From a virus (taxonomy: Duplodnaviria; Caudoviricetes): a stretch of DNA of 64,000 nt. The stretch is from the IMG/VR virus record IMGVR_UViG_3300042445_001485; one strand, written 5' to 3'. Below are positions 55,280 to 63,489 of the stretch, piece by piece. Every line of letters begins with the position of its first letter. The first letter of the stretch is position 1. Position numbers and translations under genes: made by a program. The notes beneath the pieces were generated by a model, which worked only from the letters and a program-made list of their open reading frames with translations, was not told the DNA's origin and searched no databases.

Positions 55280-56304
55280 TTACGCAACCAACGAGTATTG
55301 GCCAAACTCCACTGTACCATGCCAGTGATGCGTTCGCTTAATTTGATCTTGGGTTCCCAACCCAGGCTCTTCAAGTAGTCACCACTCATGGCATAACGCA
55401 AGTCATGTCCCGGGCGACTTGAATGGAAGTCAACCATTTCATAGTTGAGTTCTTTGCCCTGTGCTTGAGCAATCAGTTGTGCTAGGGTCAGGTTATCTAC
55501 TTCTTCTAGGCCACAGATGTTGAACTTGGGACATTTGGCACCACCAAAGTCACGCTCTAATCGACTGGGATCCAAGTTAAGCACAAACATTAGACCATCT
55601 GCTACATCTAGTGCATGTACATAGTGACGGCTGCCTGCACGAGTTTTGTCTGCATTGCTGTGAATAGTAACTTTCTCGCCATCGCGGGCCTTTTGTATCA
55701 CCATGGGAATAAACTTTTCTGGATGTTGACGCTCACCAAACACATTCATGGTGTGTGTGATGTAAATAGGCAAACTGTATGTGTTTTCAAAGGCCACACA
55801 CATTTCTTCTCCGGCGGCCTTGCTGGCACTATATGGGTTGGTGGCATTGTAACGATCACGCTCAGCGTAGTTAACACCATCTGGGGCAGGACCAAATACT
55901 TCATCTGTGGAGAAGTAAACAAAACGCTCAAGATTCTTGAGTGTGCGGGCATACTGTAACAGGTTCACAGTACCAACCACATTGTCCATGACAAATTCCA
56001 TGGGGAATTGGATACTGCGATCCACATGGCTACCTGCGGCCAGATGCAGTACAATGTTTACATCACCGATCATGTCTTGGATCTGTGGGTTTAGTTCTGC
56101 TTTGAGATCGTGATACACCACTCGAATACGCTGACGGTCCGATTGTGGAAATTCTTGCATGATATCATGCAGGCGATTTAAGTTGCCGCTAAAATCCAAA
56201 CGATCCAAACTGATGATATTCCAGTCTGTGTTTTTGATGATATTTGCGATTACATGATGTGCGATAAAACCAGCGCCGCCAGTGACTAGAACATTCTTTG
56301 ACAT
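55276..56304 (-). CDS. rmlB: NDP-glucose 4,6-dehydratase (RmlB-like)
   Basis: TGGAGFI, HLAAGSHVDRS, STDEVFG, YSASK, QHPEKFIP, RPGHDLRY. Confidence 0.9.
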   Translation of the reverse strand: MSKNVLVTGGAGFIAHHVIANIIKNTDWNIISLDRLDFSGNLNRLHDIMQEFPQSDRQRIRVVYHDLKAELNPQIQDMIGDVNIVLHLAAGSHVDRSIQFPMEFVMDNVVGTVNLLQYARTLKNLERFVYFSTDEVFGPAPDGVNYAERDRYNATNPYSASKAAGEEMCVAFENTYSLPIYITHTMNVFGERQHPEKFIPMVIQKARDGEKVTIHSNADKTRAGSRHYVHALDVADGLMFVLNLDPSRLERDFGGAKCPKFNICGLEEVDNLTLAQLIAQAQGKELNYEMVDFHSSRPGHDLRYAMSGDYLKSLGWEPKIKLSERITGMVQWSLANTRWLRK

Positions 56305-56359
56305 TGAAATCCCATTGTTAATTGATAATTGTATTTATTTTAGTTGAAACTGTCAACAG

Positions 56360-57205
56360 TTAAAACTTAGGAAGATAGTTCCACACACTGACATCAGACT
56401 CAATGATACAGTCTTGATACTGAGCAATGTTTTCAACTATGGTAGATGGAAAGTAGTCATCTACTTCGACTGCGGCAAAACGGTAATCAGTATTGGTTCT
56501 AATAATACCAACACCGTTGTTGATGCTGTCTTGGATATCCAATTGATTTAGGATTTCCGGTCTATTGCTTTCAGCATGAGCAAAACTGGTCAACTTGTTT
56601 CGTGCAAAATCTTCATTGCCAAAATAAGTAAAATGCCAACCTGCATGTTCAATTACAGCCAATTCCGGACTTCGAAAGTTGGCCGGAAATGAATTAAGGG
56701 CGTGTCGCTCTCGCCTAAAGTTTTCCGGAGTATCCAATGCCGCACGACGAATGGCAGCGGGCCAAACTTGATATACATCCTGTGTGATCAACATGTAGTT
56801 GAATTTGAAATTGAACAAGGGCATACGGAATGCGTAAATTTCATGTTCGTTGTCGCGCATATAGTCAATGGTGTTACGATGTAACAGTTCATCTACATCA
56901 CCGATGATCACAATGTCTCTGGCATCAGCATCTGCCAGTCCACGCATGATTGCATCACGCTGATGTCTTTCGTTGGCCCACGGATCTCCACCGGGCATGT
57001 CTTCAACTGTGACCAGGCGCATCTTGTCATGCCACTGACTGAATCTGTGCCAATTCTGTTTTAGCAACAGATCTTTGGGTTGATTTTGAAATGTTGTGTT
57101 GGCTTCTACAATGACAAAGTGATCTATTAAATCATATGTTTCTCGTAGTCTAAGTTCTAGTAGGTCAAATTCGTTATAAAATGTAAAGCAATCGTATATT
57201 TTCAT
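56360..57205 (-). CDS. GT17-family glycosyltransferase (beta-1,4-GlcNAc transferase-like)
   Basis: YDCFTFYNEFDLLELRL, ERHQRD, GDVDE, GWHFTY, KLTSFAH. Confidence 0.88.
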   Translation of the reverse strand: MKIYDCFTFYNEFDLLELRLRETYDLIDHFVIVEANTTFQNQPKDLLLKQNWHRFSQWHDKMRLVTVEDMPGGDPWANERHQRDAIMRGLADADARDIVIIGDVDELLHRNTIDYMRDNEHEIYAFRMPLFNFKFNYMLITQDVYQVWPAAIRRAALDTPENFRRERHALNSFPANFRSPELAVIEHAGWHFTYFGNEDFARNKLTSFAHAESNRPEILNQLDIQDSINNGVGIIRTNTDYRFAAVEVDDYFPSTIVENIAQYQDCIIESDVSVWNYLPKF

Positions 57206-58053
57206 CGAGGTACTGCATCAGTGCAGGTTCTACATAGGCTGTTGGTGGAGAATTCACTGCGAGCATTTTCTATCAGTATCGATCGGAATTCGGTGCCCTG
57301 TCTAATTTCTTCTATGGTGTTTGTTTTGATGTTGCCAAGAACATGTTTACAATCATAATCCATACAGCACAACACAACATCTCCATTGGGCAACAATACA
57401 TTTTGATCGTATGTATTTGTTTTGCCACACTTGATTGGCTTTGCATGTCTAGGAGAAATTTGTATAGATTGTTCTTTGACCTGCTCAACAGGCAAACTAC
57501 CAGCACGGTCATGACCAATCCAATTCCAGAGTCTAATACCCAAATGTTGCAAATCCTGATGTACTTCTCCCTGGTCACTCATGGTCATGCCTTCGGATTT
57601 AATACCGGCATGTTGGCAAACACCTTGCACCACATGGAGTGCATATTCCCAGTCTTCGTTGTACTTCCAACCCTTCATGTTGCCGTTGGCATCGGGATAG
57701 TGTACACTAAATGTATCAAATTGGTCTGCGTATTCAACCATTAAGTCCGCAACACGATCTGTTGTGGCGCGATCCCAATTATACAAAGTGGTGTAGACTC
57801 CCACACGGAAACCGCGTTCCAGAGTCATTTCAAACATGTCAGTACAAGCAGGATTGACCCAGGGTTCTGCCATGCCCGAAAAATCTATACGAGTATTGGG
57901 TAATGTGCTGTCTAATGCTTGCCCGAAAGTTTCTAATGTCATGTACTTGACATCATCGCCGTAGCTGTCTCGTAGATTATCCTGTGGACAGTAGGTGCAC
58001 ATCAATGGGCAACCAATCATGGTGGTAAGTTCTAAGGTGGAAAATGCGGCCAC
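57202..58053 (-). CDS. Radical SAM protein with SPASM/twitch-type C-terminus
   Basis: CPLMCTYC, FSGMAEP, NGDVVLCCMD, CRTC. Confidence 0.88.
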   Translation of the reverse strand: MAAFSTLELTTMIGCPLMCTYCPQDNLRDSYGDDVKYMTLETFGQALDSTLPNTRIDFSGMAEPWVNPACTDMFEMTLERGFRVGVYTTLYNWDRATTDRVADLMVEYADQFDTFSVHYPDANGNMKGWKYNEDWEYALHVVQGVCQHAGIKSEGMTMSDQGEVHQDLQHLGIRLWNWIGHDRAGSLPVEQVKEQSIQISPRHAKPIKCGKTNTYDQNVLLPNGDVVLCCMDYDCKHVLGNIKTNTIEEIRQGTEFRSILIENARSEFSTNSLCRTCTDAVPR

Positions 58054-58077
58054 AAATATTCCTTTTACTACTACTTA

Positions 58078-58227
58078 TCACACAGCTTTGCTGGATTCCA
58101 AATATTCCTTGATAACACGCAGAGCTTTACGACTTGTATCATATACATATTCTTTAGTTTCCTCTTCGGTAGTAACTACCAAAATAAAACCATTTGCGGC
58201 CTTGCGGATTTCGATTGATTCAAACAT
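58078..58227 (-). CDS. Small hypothetical protein (49 aa)
   Basis: Manual translation MFESIEIRKAANGFILVVTTEEETKEYVYDTSRKALRVIKEYLESSKAV; TTGACT-17-TATACT promoter at 58255-58283. Confidence 0.65.
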   Translation of the reverse strand: MFESIEIRKAANGFILVVTTEEETKEYVYDTSRKALRVIKEYLESSKAV

Positions 58228-58317
58228 AGTATTCCTAAGTTAAGTTGAACCACTAGTATAGCAGGTCTAGAAATAAAAGTCAAAAAAAAATCCTGCCGAA
58301 GCAGGATATTATTTTAT

Positions 58318-58776
58318 CTAAACCACATATAGTATGACATGTTCAGATGACATTGCGGGTTTGTCAAAGCCTTCAATTTCTATTGAGACACCAAATACAG
58401 CCTGTACACCTCTTGATGTTTTTTCTACTGCATTAAGTGTAATCCTACCTCTAACACGACTGCCAACAGGTACTGGATTTATAAATCGTAATCGATTAAT
58501 TCCATAATTAATAGTAGATTTAGATTTAAATTCCATTTCATTTAATGGTCCCGTTAATACTTCTTTCATTATATGGCTTACTAAACTTAGTGTAAGAAAT
58601 CCATGTGCAATTGTGCCTGTGTTGGGATTAAACTTTCGAGCCTTTTCAACATCCATATGTATCCATTGCTCATCTAAAGTTAACCGGCCAAATCTATCCA
58701 CAAGATCCTGGTCAATCATTATCCATTTGCTAACACCCAATTCTGTACCGATTAAATCTTCAAGTTGTTTCATCAT
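58318..58776 (-). CDS. MaoC-family dehydratase
   Basis: DEQWIHMD, TIAHGFLTLSL, NYGINRLRFINPVPVGSRV. Confidence 0.9.
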   Translation of the reverse strand: MMKQLEDLIGTELGVSKWIMIDQDLVDRFGRLTLDEQWIHMDVEKARKFNPNTGTIAHGFLTLSLVSHIMKEVLTGPLNEMEFKSKSTINYGINRLRFINPVPVGSRVRGRITLNAVEKTSRGVQAVFGVSIEIEGFDKPAMSSEHVILYVV

Positions 58777-58797
58777 CTACCTTTTGTTTCATATATT

Positions 58798-58873
58798 TGG
58801 TGCCCCCACCATGATTCGAACACGGGACAACCTGATTACAAATCAGGTGCTCTACCAGCTGAGCTATAAGGGC
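58798..58873 (-). tRNA. tRNA-Thr(TGT)
   Basis: Cloverleaf GCCCTTA...CCTGA-TTTGTAA-TCAGG...TTCGAAT...ACCA, 76 nt. Confidence 0.95.
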
Positions 58874-59443
58874 TTATTTAAATTTTGGTCCTGCTATCCA
58901 ACCCACTAGACTACGACGAATACCTTCGGTTACCGGAGTAACATCGTGTAATGTCCAACTAGGGAAGAATATCAATTTTCCTCTTTCCTTTGGTAATACC
59001 AGCGGTTCGCTGGTGTGATGTAATCTTACTTCACCACCCGAATATTCTTCGGGATTGCTTAACTGTAAAATAAAACTTAACTTACGACTACCACCCATGT
59101 TGCGACCAATATCAAGATGTTTTCCGTAGTGACCTTGATAACTGCTGTTGTACTCAGTAAATTGAAGTGGTTCTATGTGTGTTAACTCGTACTCAAAATA
59201 ATCTTTGTTTACAGTTTGAACATTCCATGCCAATGTATTATATATCCAGGCATGTTCATCTGATACATTAATCCAACCAATTTGACTACGACGGTATTCG
59301 GGATCGGCCCCCAAGGCAACTCCTTGTTGACTCGACAGTTCTTGTCCTGTACTAACAATACGGTCAAGTTCTTCTGACGAGAACATGCCTGATCGCCAGG
59401 TCCAAAACTTGTTATCTTTTGATTGATTTAATATCCAGCTCAT
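58874..59443 (-). CDS. Fe(II)/2-oxoglutarate oxygenase (prolyl-4-hydroxylase-like)
   Basis: KHLD, RKLS, YSGGE, LHDVTPVTEGIRRSLVGW. Confidence 0.9.
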   Translation of the reverse strand: MSWILNQSKDNKFWTWRSGMFSSEELDRIVSTGQELSSQQGVALGADPEYRRSQIGWINVSDEHAWIYNTLAWNVQTVNKDYFEYELTHIEPLQFTEYNSSYQGHYGKHLDIGRNMGGSRKLSFILQLSNPEEYSGGEVRLHHTSEPLVLPKERGKLIFFPSWTLHDVTPVTEGIRRSLVGWIAGPKFK

Positions 59444-59458
59444 AATTATGGTACTAAT

Positions 59459-59542
59459 TGGTGCGGGATACCAGATTTGAACTGGTACGCATTACGCGGC
59501 GGATTTTAAGTCCGCTGGGTCTGCCAATTCCCCCAATCCCGC
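59459..59542 (-). tRNA. tRNA-Leu(TAA)
   Basis: GCGGA-CTTAAAA-TCCGC anticodon arm, long variable arm, CCA end, 84 nt. Confidence 0.93.
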
Positions 59543-59548
59543 TTTTAG

Positions 59549-59822
59549 AAATTTGAGTACTCTAAATTCTGCTTTCCAACCGTGGACTATCTGGCATGTG
59601 ATGATCAAATCACCATTGCTAACTCCATCATTGATTCACTTCACAGCAAGTGCTGATAGTGTATTTGCATAGACTCTAACCGTGTTCGTAACTTTGAAAT
59701 GATTTTGCCGCCTCGGCAGTCGCCGATATTTTGATTGTAAAGGGCGAACTGATATACTGCGAGTTGTTACTACTGGGACTACCACTGGTATCAGAAGGTT
59801 GCTAAACCAAGTACTCAAATTT
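59549..59822 (-). ncRNA. Candidate 274-nt structured non-coding RNA
   Basis: Perfect 13-bp terminal stem AAATTTGAGTACT/AGTACTCAAATTT, internal helices, own consensus promoter, ends 6 nt before tRNA-Leu. Confidence 0.55.
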
Positions 59823-59838
59823 TTAAAGAACAGTACAC

Positions 59839-59867
59839 ATTATATATAGAATAATGTGTACTGTCAA
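59839..59867 (-). promoter_or_regulatory. Consensus sigma70 promoter embedded in a 13-bp inverted repeat
   Basis: TTGACA-17 bp-TATAAT; cagtacacattat (59831-59843) / ataatgtgtactg (59851-59863). Confidence 0.85.
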
Positions 59868-59869
59868 CC

Positions 59870-60472
59870 TCACATTGTGGGCCCATTGCCATTTCGAAAT
59901 CCAATTTCACCACCTTCTGCCGCAATGCGTTTAAATACATCTTCTAGCAAAATGGGCGCAAAGTCTGTTTGCTCTACACATACACAATGGTAACGAACAT
60001 CGTTCTCATCACTGTACAAAAGTTCTCCGGTCTTGGCATTTACACCGCGGATTTTCTTCACACGGTTTGCGTGAGTATGTCCGTGGATGTTTACTCCAAA
60101 GCGACCCAAGCTCTCCGTATGCACAGGGATATGACTCAAGATACAACCATTCATTACATGGTATGCTCGTAATTCACGAAAGTATTCACGATACTCATCG
60201 TCACGGAAGATGTCGTGGTTGCCGCGAATCAGGACCTTGTCGCCGTTTAAGCGACTTAATGTTTTTAAGGCTTTGCGGTTAATTACAACATCACCCAAAT
60301 GATAGACCTTGTCAATGGGTTTTACTCGTTCGTTCCACGCCTTGACCATTGCTTCATCCATCTCGTCGGCGTCATTCCAAGGACGCAATTTTGTAACTCC
60401 ATCGTTACGAGTAAAGCGACATACACCGGTGTGTCCAAAGTGAGTATCGCTTACTAAAAATACACTAGGCAT
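59870..60472 (-). CDS. Calcineurin-like metallophosphoesterase
   Basis: SDTHFGH, HLGDV, RGNHD, LSHIP, IHGHTH. Confidence 0.92.
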   Translation of the reverse strand: MPSVFLVSDTHFGHTGVCRFTRNDGVTKLRPWNDADEMDEAMVKAWNERVKPIDKVYHLGDVVINRKALKTLSRLNGDKVLIRGNHDIFRDDEYREYFRELRAYHVMNGCILSHIPVHTESLGRFGVNIHGHTHANRVKKIRGVNAKTGELLYSDENDVRYHCVCVEQTDFAPILLEDVFKRIAAEGGEIGFRNGNGPTM

Positions 60473-60492
60473 ATCTTGCTCCTTTTTTTAAA

Positions 60493-60798
60493 TTAATCTT
60501 CATCTTCTTCATCATCCCACTCACCGGTATTGTGTGTGTAACCTTTTATGGTTCCCATCAATACTTCAGCATCATTTACTACAAAAACATTGTATTCTTC
60601 CCTGATCAGGCGCCTTGGGGGAGGTGGTGGTCTACGCCCGCCTGTGGTAACTTGCAAAGGTAATACCGTAACTTTTTTTGTGTCGGGATTTGCTTTGGAG
60701 ATTTTACCCAAAACAATTCTGTTGTTGTGCGTACACAATACAGTGGCATCAAGTTGAATTTCCGTTCCTATGATGTCCCTAAGTCCTTTGCAGTACAT
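60493..60798 (-). CDS. Hypothetical protein
   Basis: 101-aa ORF with AAAGGA RBS, Pro run and acidic tail. Confidence 0.6.
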   Translation of the reverse strand: MYCKGLRDIIGTEIQLDATVLCTHNNRIVLGKISKANPDTKKVTVLPLQVTTGGRRPPPPPRRLIREEYNVFVVNDAEVLMGTIKGYTHNTGEWDDEEDED

Positions 60799-60818
60799 GA
60801 CTATCCTTTCAAGTTGAA

Positions 60819-60895
60819 TGGCGACCCCGGATGGATTTGAACCACCGACATTTGGTTTTGGAGACCAACGTTCTGCCGGACTGAACTACGGAGCC
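60819..60895 (-). tRNA. tRNA-Trp(CCA)
   Basis: TTGGT-CTCCAAA-ACCAA anticodon arm, CCA end, 77 nt; TTGACA-17-TACAAT promoter at 60904-60932. Confidence 0.93.
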
Positions 60896-60940
60896 AAGTA
60901 TGTATTGTAGTATTGGTGCCTTTAATTGTCAAATAAAGGA

Positions 60941-61025
60941 TGGTGCCCTAGGACGGACTCGAACCGTCACAACTTTCGTCGCTGGAACCTAAATCCAGTG
61001 CGTCTACCAATTTCGCCACCAGGGC
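60941..61025 (-). tRNA. tRNA-Leu(TAG)
   Basis: CTGGA-TTTAGGT-TCCAG, long variable arm, CCA end, 85 nt. Confidence 0.95.
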
Positions 61026-61032
61026 AGTTCTA

Positions 61033-61106
61033 TGGAGCGGGATAGGAGAATCGAACTCCTTTAACTAGCTTGGAAGGCTAGGACACAACCAATATGCCAA
61101 TCCCGC
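61033..61106 (-). tRNA. tRNA-Gly(TCC)
   Basis: CTAGC-CTTCCAA-GCTAG, CCA end, 74 nt; TTGACT-17-TATAAT promoter at 61117-61145. Confidence 0.93.
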
Positions 61107-61141
61107 ATTACTGTGTATTATAACACATAGTCGATTCTAAG

Positions 61142-61717
61142 TCAATCTGTTTTTGCTTTTATCCTGTTGACAATGTTGTCAAATGTTTCATTCTTCTCAA
61201 GTCGCACACTTAGAATTAATCTGTATGTACCATCTTGACGACTATAAGCACCATGTGGTATATTGACCTTGACCAATGTTGGGTTTACTATTTCTTCTTC
61301 GTACACTATCACTGCTGGCTTGTTCCAATGTACATCCATTCTGGAATTGCCCATATGGTCGCGACCTTTGCTCAAAGTATAATCGCCCGAAGTCCAGTAC
61401 ATGCCTGTGCCCAAACATTCACTAACTGGTACAATTATACTGGCATTTGTTATGGCATCTGTGTGGTCGCTGTAGTCAACATGAGTATACTGGCCTTTGT
61501 TGAATTCTGCACTGGTATTCCTTTTAAATGCCACTGTGCCAACAGATTGACTCAATCCAAGACCAACAAGTTCTACATCTAATATCTGTTTAACACGGTC
61601 AGGCAATGTAACCTTGACCATGTACACTGATTCTGTGTTGTACTGCGCCATGTATTGCTCCGTAAAGGCCGCAAGCAGTTTATAACACTTTAGTGGAAAT
61701 GGATGACTGTATTTCAT
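61142..61717 (-). CDS. Putative 2OG-Fe(II)/cupin-fold protein
   Basis: THVD, IPHG, RLILSVR; start placed at MKYSHPF because the longer ORF begins inside tRNA-Arg. Confidence 0.6.
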   Translation of the reverse strand: MKYSHPFPLKCYKLLAAFTEQYMAQYNTESVYMVKVTLPDRVKQILDVELVGLGLSQSVGTVAFKRNTSAEFNKGQYTHVDYSDHTDAITNASIIVPVSECLGTGMYWTSGDYTLSKGRDHMGNSRMDVHWNKPAVIVYEEEIVNPTLVKVNIPHGAYSRQDGTYRLILSVRLEKNETFDNIVNRIKAKTD

Positions 61718-61732
61718 ATGATATTTATAGCT

Positions 61733-61809
61733 TGGCCGGCCCTGAGGGACTCGAACCCCCAACCTCCGGTTTCGAAGACCGGCACTCTAATCCATTGAGT
61801 TAAGGACCG
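61733..61809 (-). tRNA. tRNA-Arg(TCG)
   Basis: CCGGT-CTTCGAA-ACCGG, TTCGAGT T-loop, CCA end, 77 nt. Confidence 0.93.
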
Positions 61810-61814
61810 ATGTC

Positions 61815-61890
61815 TGGTACCTGGGACTGGACTCGAACCAGTATCGCTCTCCGTGTAAAGGAGACGTATAACCTCTCTACGCACCCAGGC
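61815..61890 (-). tRNA. tRNA-Val(TAC)
   Basis: TCTCC-TTTACAC-GGAGA, CCA end, 76 nt. Confidence 0.9.
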
Positions 61891-61902
61891 TTTTATATTC
61901 TC

Positions 61903-62610
61903 TTAAGTAGCTATTTCTTTTTGCCACACAAACGGTGGCAAGTTTTGTGCTTCGTAGGCAGGATCATGTGGAGCGCCTGGCTCCATTCCAATTGCTTCAC
62001 GATCTAAATCTATTAAACAACACAGTCGCCATTCATCTGTGTAGTTATGTGCTGAGTGTGCAAATTGATTATGAAAGGCCCATATGTCTGACCAATCAAT
62101 CACTTCGCCTGCGGCTTCAAAGAATACATCACCTTCGGGAATGATCAACGGAATATGTATGCGAATGGTCTTGCCATCTCTGTTTTCAGGACCTGTGTGT
62201 CGTTCAATTATACTATGCGGTGCTAGTACACTATAATTGGCAATGGGGCAAATCTTATCCCACTTCATCAACAACTTACGCATGGTAGGATACTTGCCCA
62301 TGTCTCTGAAGTCCATGGCTTGTTTAAACACAGCCCGTTCATCTCTGCGTTCATACCGAAAGTTCAATGCTTTCCAACTGTTGACATTGGGTTTGTTATC
62401 GGTCTTTATATACTGTTCTGTTTCACTAATAGGTATACCTAGATGTGTACGATCCATGGTGTTGGTACACTGTGCTTTGGCTGCTTCTTCCAGTGTGGCG
62501 TAACCACTCATAAAGTCGTCTAATAGGGCCTGTTGATGTTTCATCAAGAATTCTGCTACAGGCAGTTCATGTCTGCGCCAAAATGCTTTAGGTCTAGTTT
62601 TTTCTGTCAT
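61903..62610 (-). CDS. Aspartyl/asparaginyl beta-hydroxylase-like dioxygenase
   Basis: YSVLAPHSIIERHTG...IRIHIPLIIP...FHNQFAHSAHN...RLCCLIDL; start placed at MTEKTRP downstream of tRNA-Gly. Confidence 0.82.
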   Translation of the reverse strand: MTEKTRPKAFWRRHELPVAEFLMKHQQALLDDFMSGYATLEEAAKAQCTNTMDRTHLGIPISETEQYIKTDNKPNVNSWKALNFRYERRDERAVFKQAMDFRDMGKYPTMRKLLMKWDKICPIANYSVLAPHSIIERHTGPENRDGKTIRIHIPLIIPEGDVFFEAAGEVIDWSDIWAFHNQFAHSAHNYTDEWRLCCLIDLDREAIGMEPGAPHDPAYEAQNLPPFVWQKEIAT

Positions 62611-62631
62611 ATTAATTCCTTGTATATTGGT

Positions 62632-62707
62632 TGGAGCGGGAGATCGGATTCGAACCGACGACAATCACGTTGGCAACGTGGCGCTCTACCAGCTGAGCTA
62701 CACCCGC
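62632..62707 (-). tRNA. tRNA-Gly(GCC)
   Basis: CACG-TTGCCAA-CGTG, canonical D and T arms, CCA end, 76 nt. Confidence 0.95.
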
Positions 62708-62739
62708 ATGTTGTTGTCACATTTATTTATGTATGCAAC

Positions 62740-62813
62740 TGGTGCCTGGACTAAGAATTGAACTTAGAATAAAGGCTTATCAAGCCTCCGTTATACCATT
62801 TAACTATCCGGGC
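62740..62813 (-). tRNA. tRNA-Ile(GAT)
   Basis: GAGGC-TTGATAA-GCCTT, TTCAATT T-loop, CCA end, 74 nt. Confidence 0.9.
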
Positions 62814-62825
62814 TTAAATATATAA

Positions 62826-63038
62826 ATGAGTGTTCAACGCAATATAGAATTGGTCAAACAAATACTGCATAATCTCGATAAAAAAGATTATAAAGATTCT
62901 CACGAACAGCTTGTGTACGAATTGGGCTATTTAATTGGTCTGCTTGCAAAACTTGCCAACGACAACGGGCAATTACACGGTGATTTAAAACGCATACTAG
63001 ACAAAAAAATCAAAGAAAGCCAACAGCCTAAACCTTAG
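62826..63038 (+). CDS. Hypothetical protein
   Basis: 70-aa helical ORF directly after TAAATA. Confidence 0.6.
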   Translation: MSVQRNIELVKQILHNLDKKDYKDSHEQLVYELGYLIGLLAKLANDNGQLHGDLKRILDKKIKESQQPKP

Positions 63039-63426
63039 TGATCTTGCTAAAAATACCATTTAAAATTTTACCAGCAGGAACAAAATTGTCTTCCATTATG
63101 TGTCCGGCTAGACCATAGGCTGTAGTGCCCATGTCTTGAAAATATGTAGCAGTGGGCCATCGCTGGCGTCGGATTGGATAACTGTGTATCAGTAGTGCTT
63201 CGTCTGCTACTCGTAAATAATCATCTCTACGCCCTGCTTGTACTGCCTCCAGCATTTGTATTGCTATAGGAACTGTGCCAATATCTGTGCGTTCAAAGTT
63301 GCTGGCCATTAGGTGCACAACATAGGCTTCAACTTCATGTTGTAGTATCAAGGCACTTGCACCCTCAGATTCCACTACTAGATCGTAGCAGGACTTAACA
63401 TAATCAAACCAGTGGTTGTTCATGTT
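63028..63426 (-). CDS. Conserved hypothetical protein
   Basis: YDLVVESEG...EVEAYVVHL...YFQDMG; start near MNNHWF after TAAATA (exact start uncertain). Confidence 0.6.
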   Translation of the reverse strand, partial: NMNNHWFDYVKSCYDLVVESEGASALILQHEVEAYVVHLMASNFERTDIGTVPIAIQMLEAVQAGRRDDYLRVADEALLIHSYPIRRQRWPTATYFQDMGTTAYGLAGHIMEDNFVPAGKILNGIFSKITKV

Positions 63427-63489
63427 TATATTTATTACCAAATAAATACTGTATGATCACAGCAGACCAAGCATTAATATCTTTGTATG

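Noticed and set aside
59636-59818. 60-aa ORF inside the ncRNA candidate
   Set aside because: TTG start lies within the terminal stem, no RBS, no recognisable motif; kept only as the alternative hypothesis.
61718-62664. ORF-track N-terminal extensions of 61142..61762 and 61903..62664
   Set aside because: The extensions lie inside tRNA-Arg and tRNA-Gly genes; downstream ATGs with better context were used instead.
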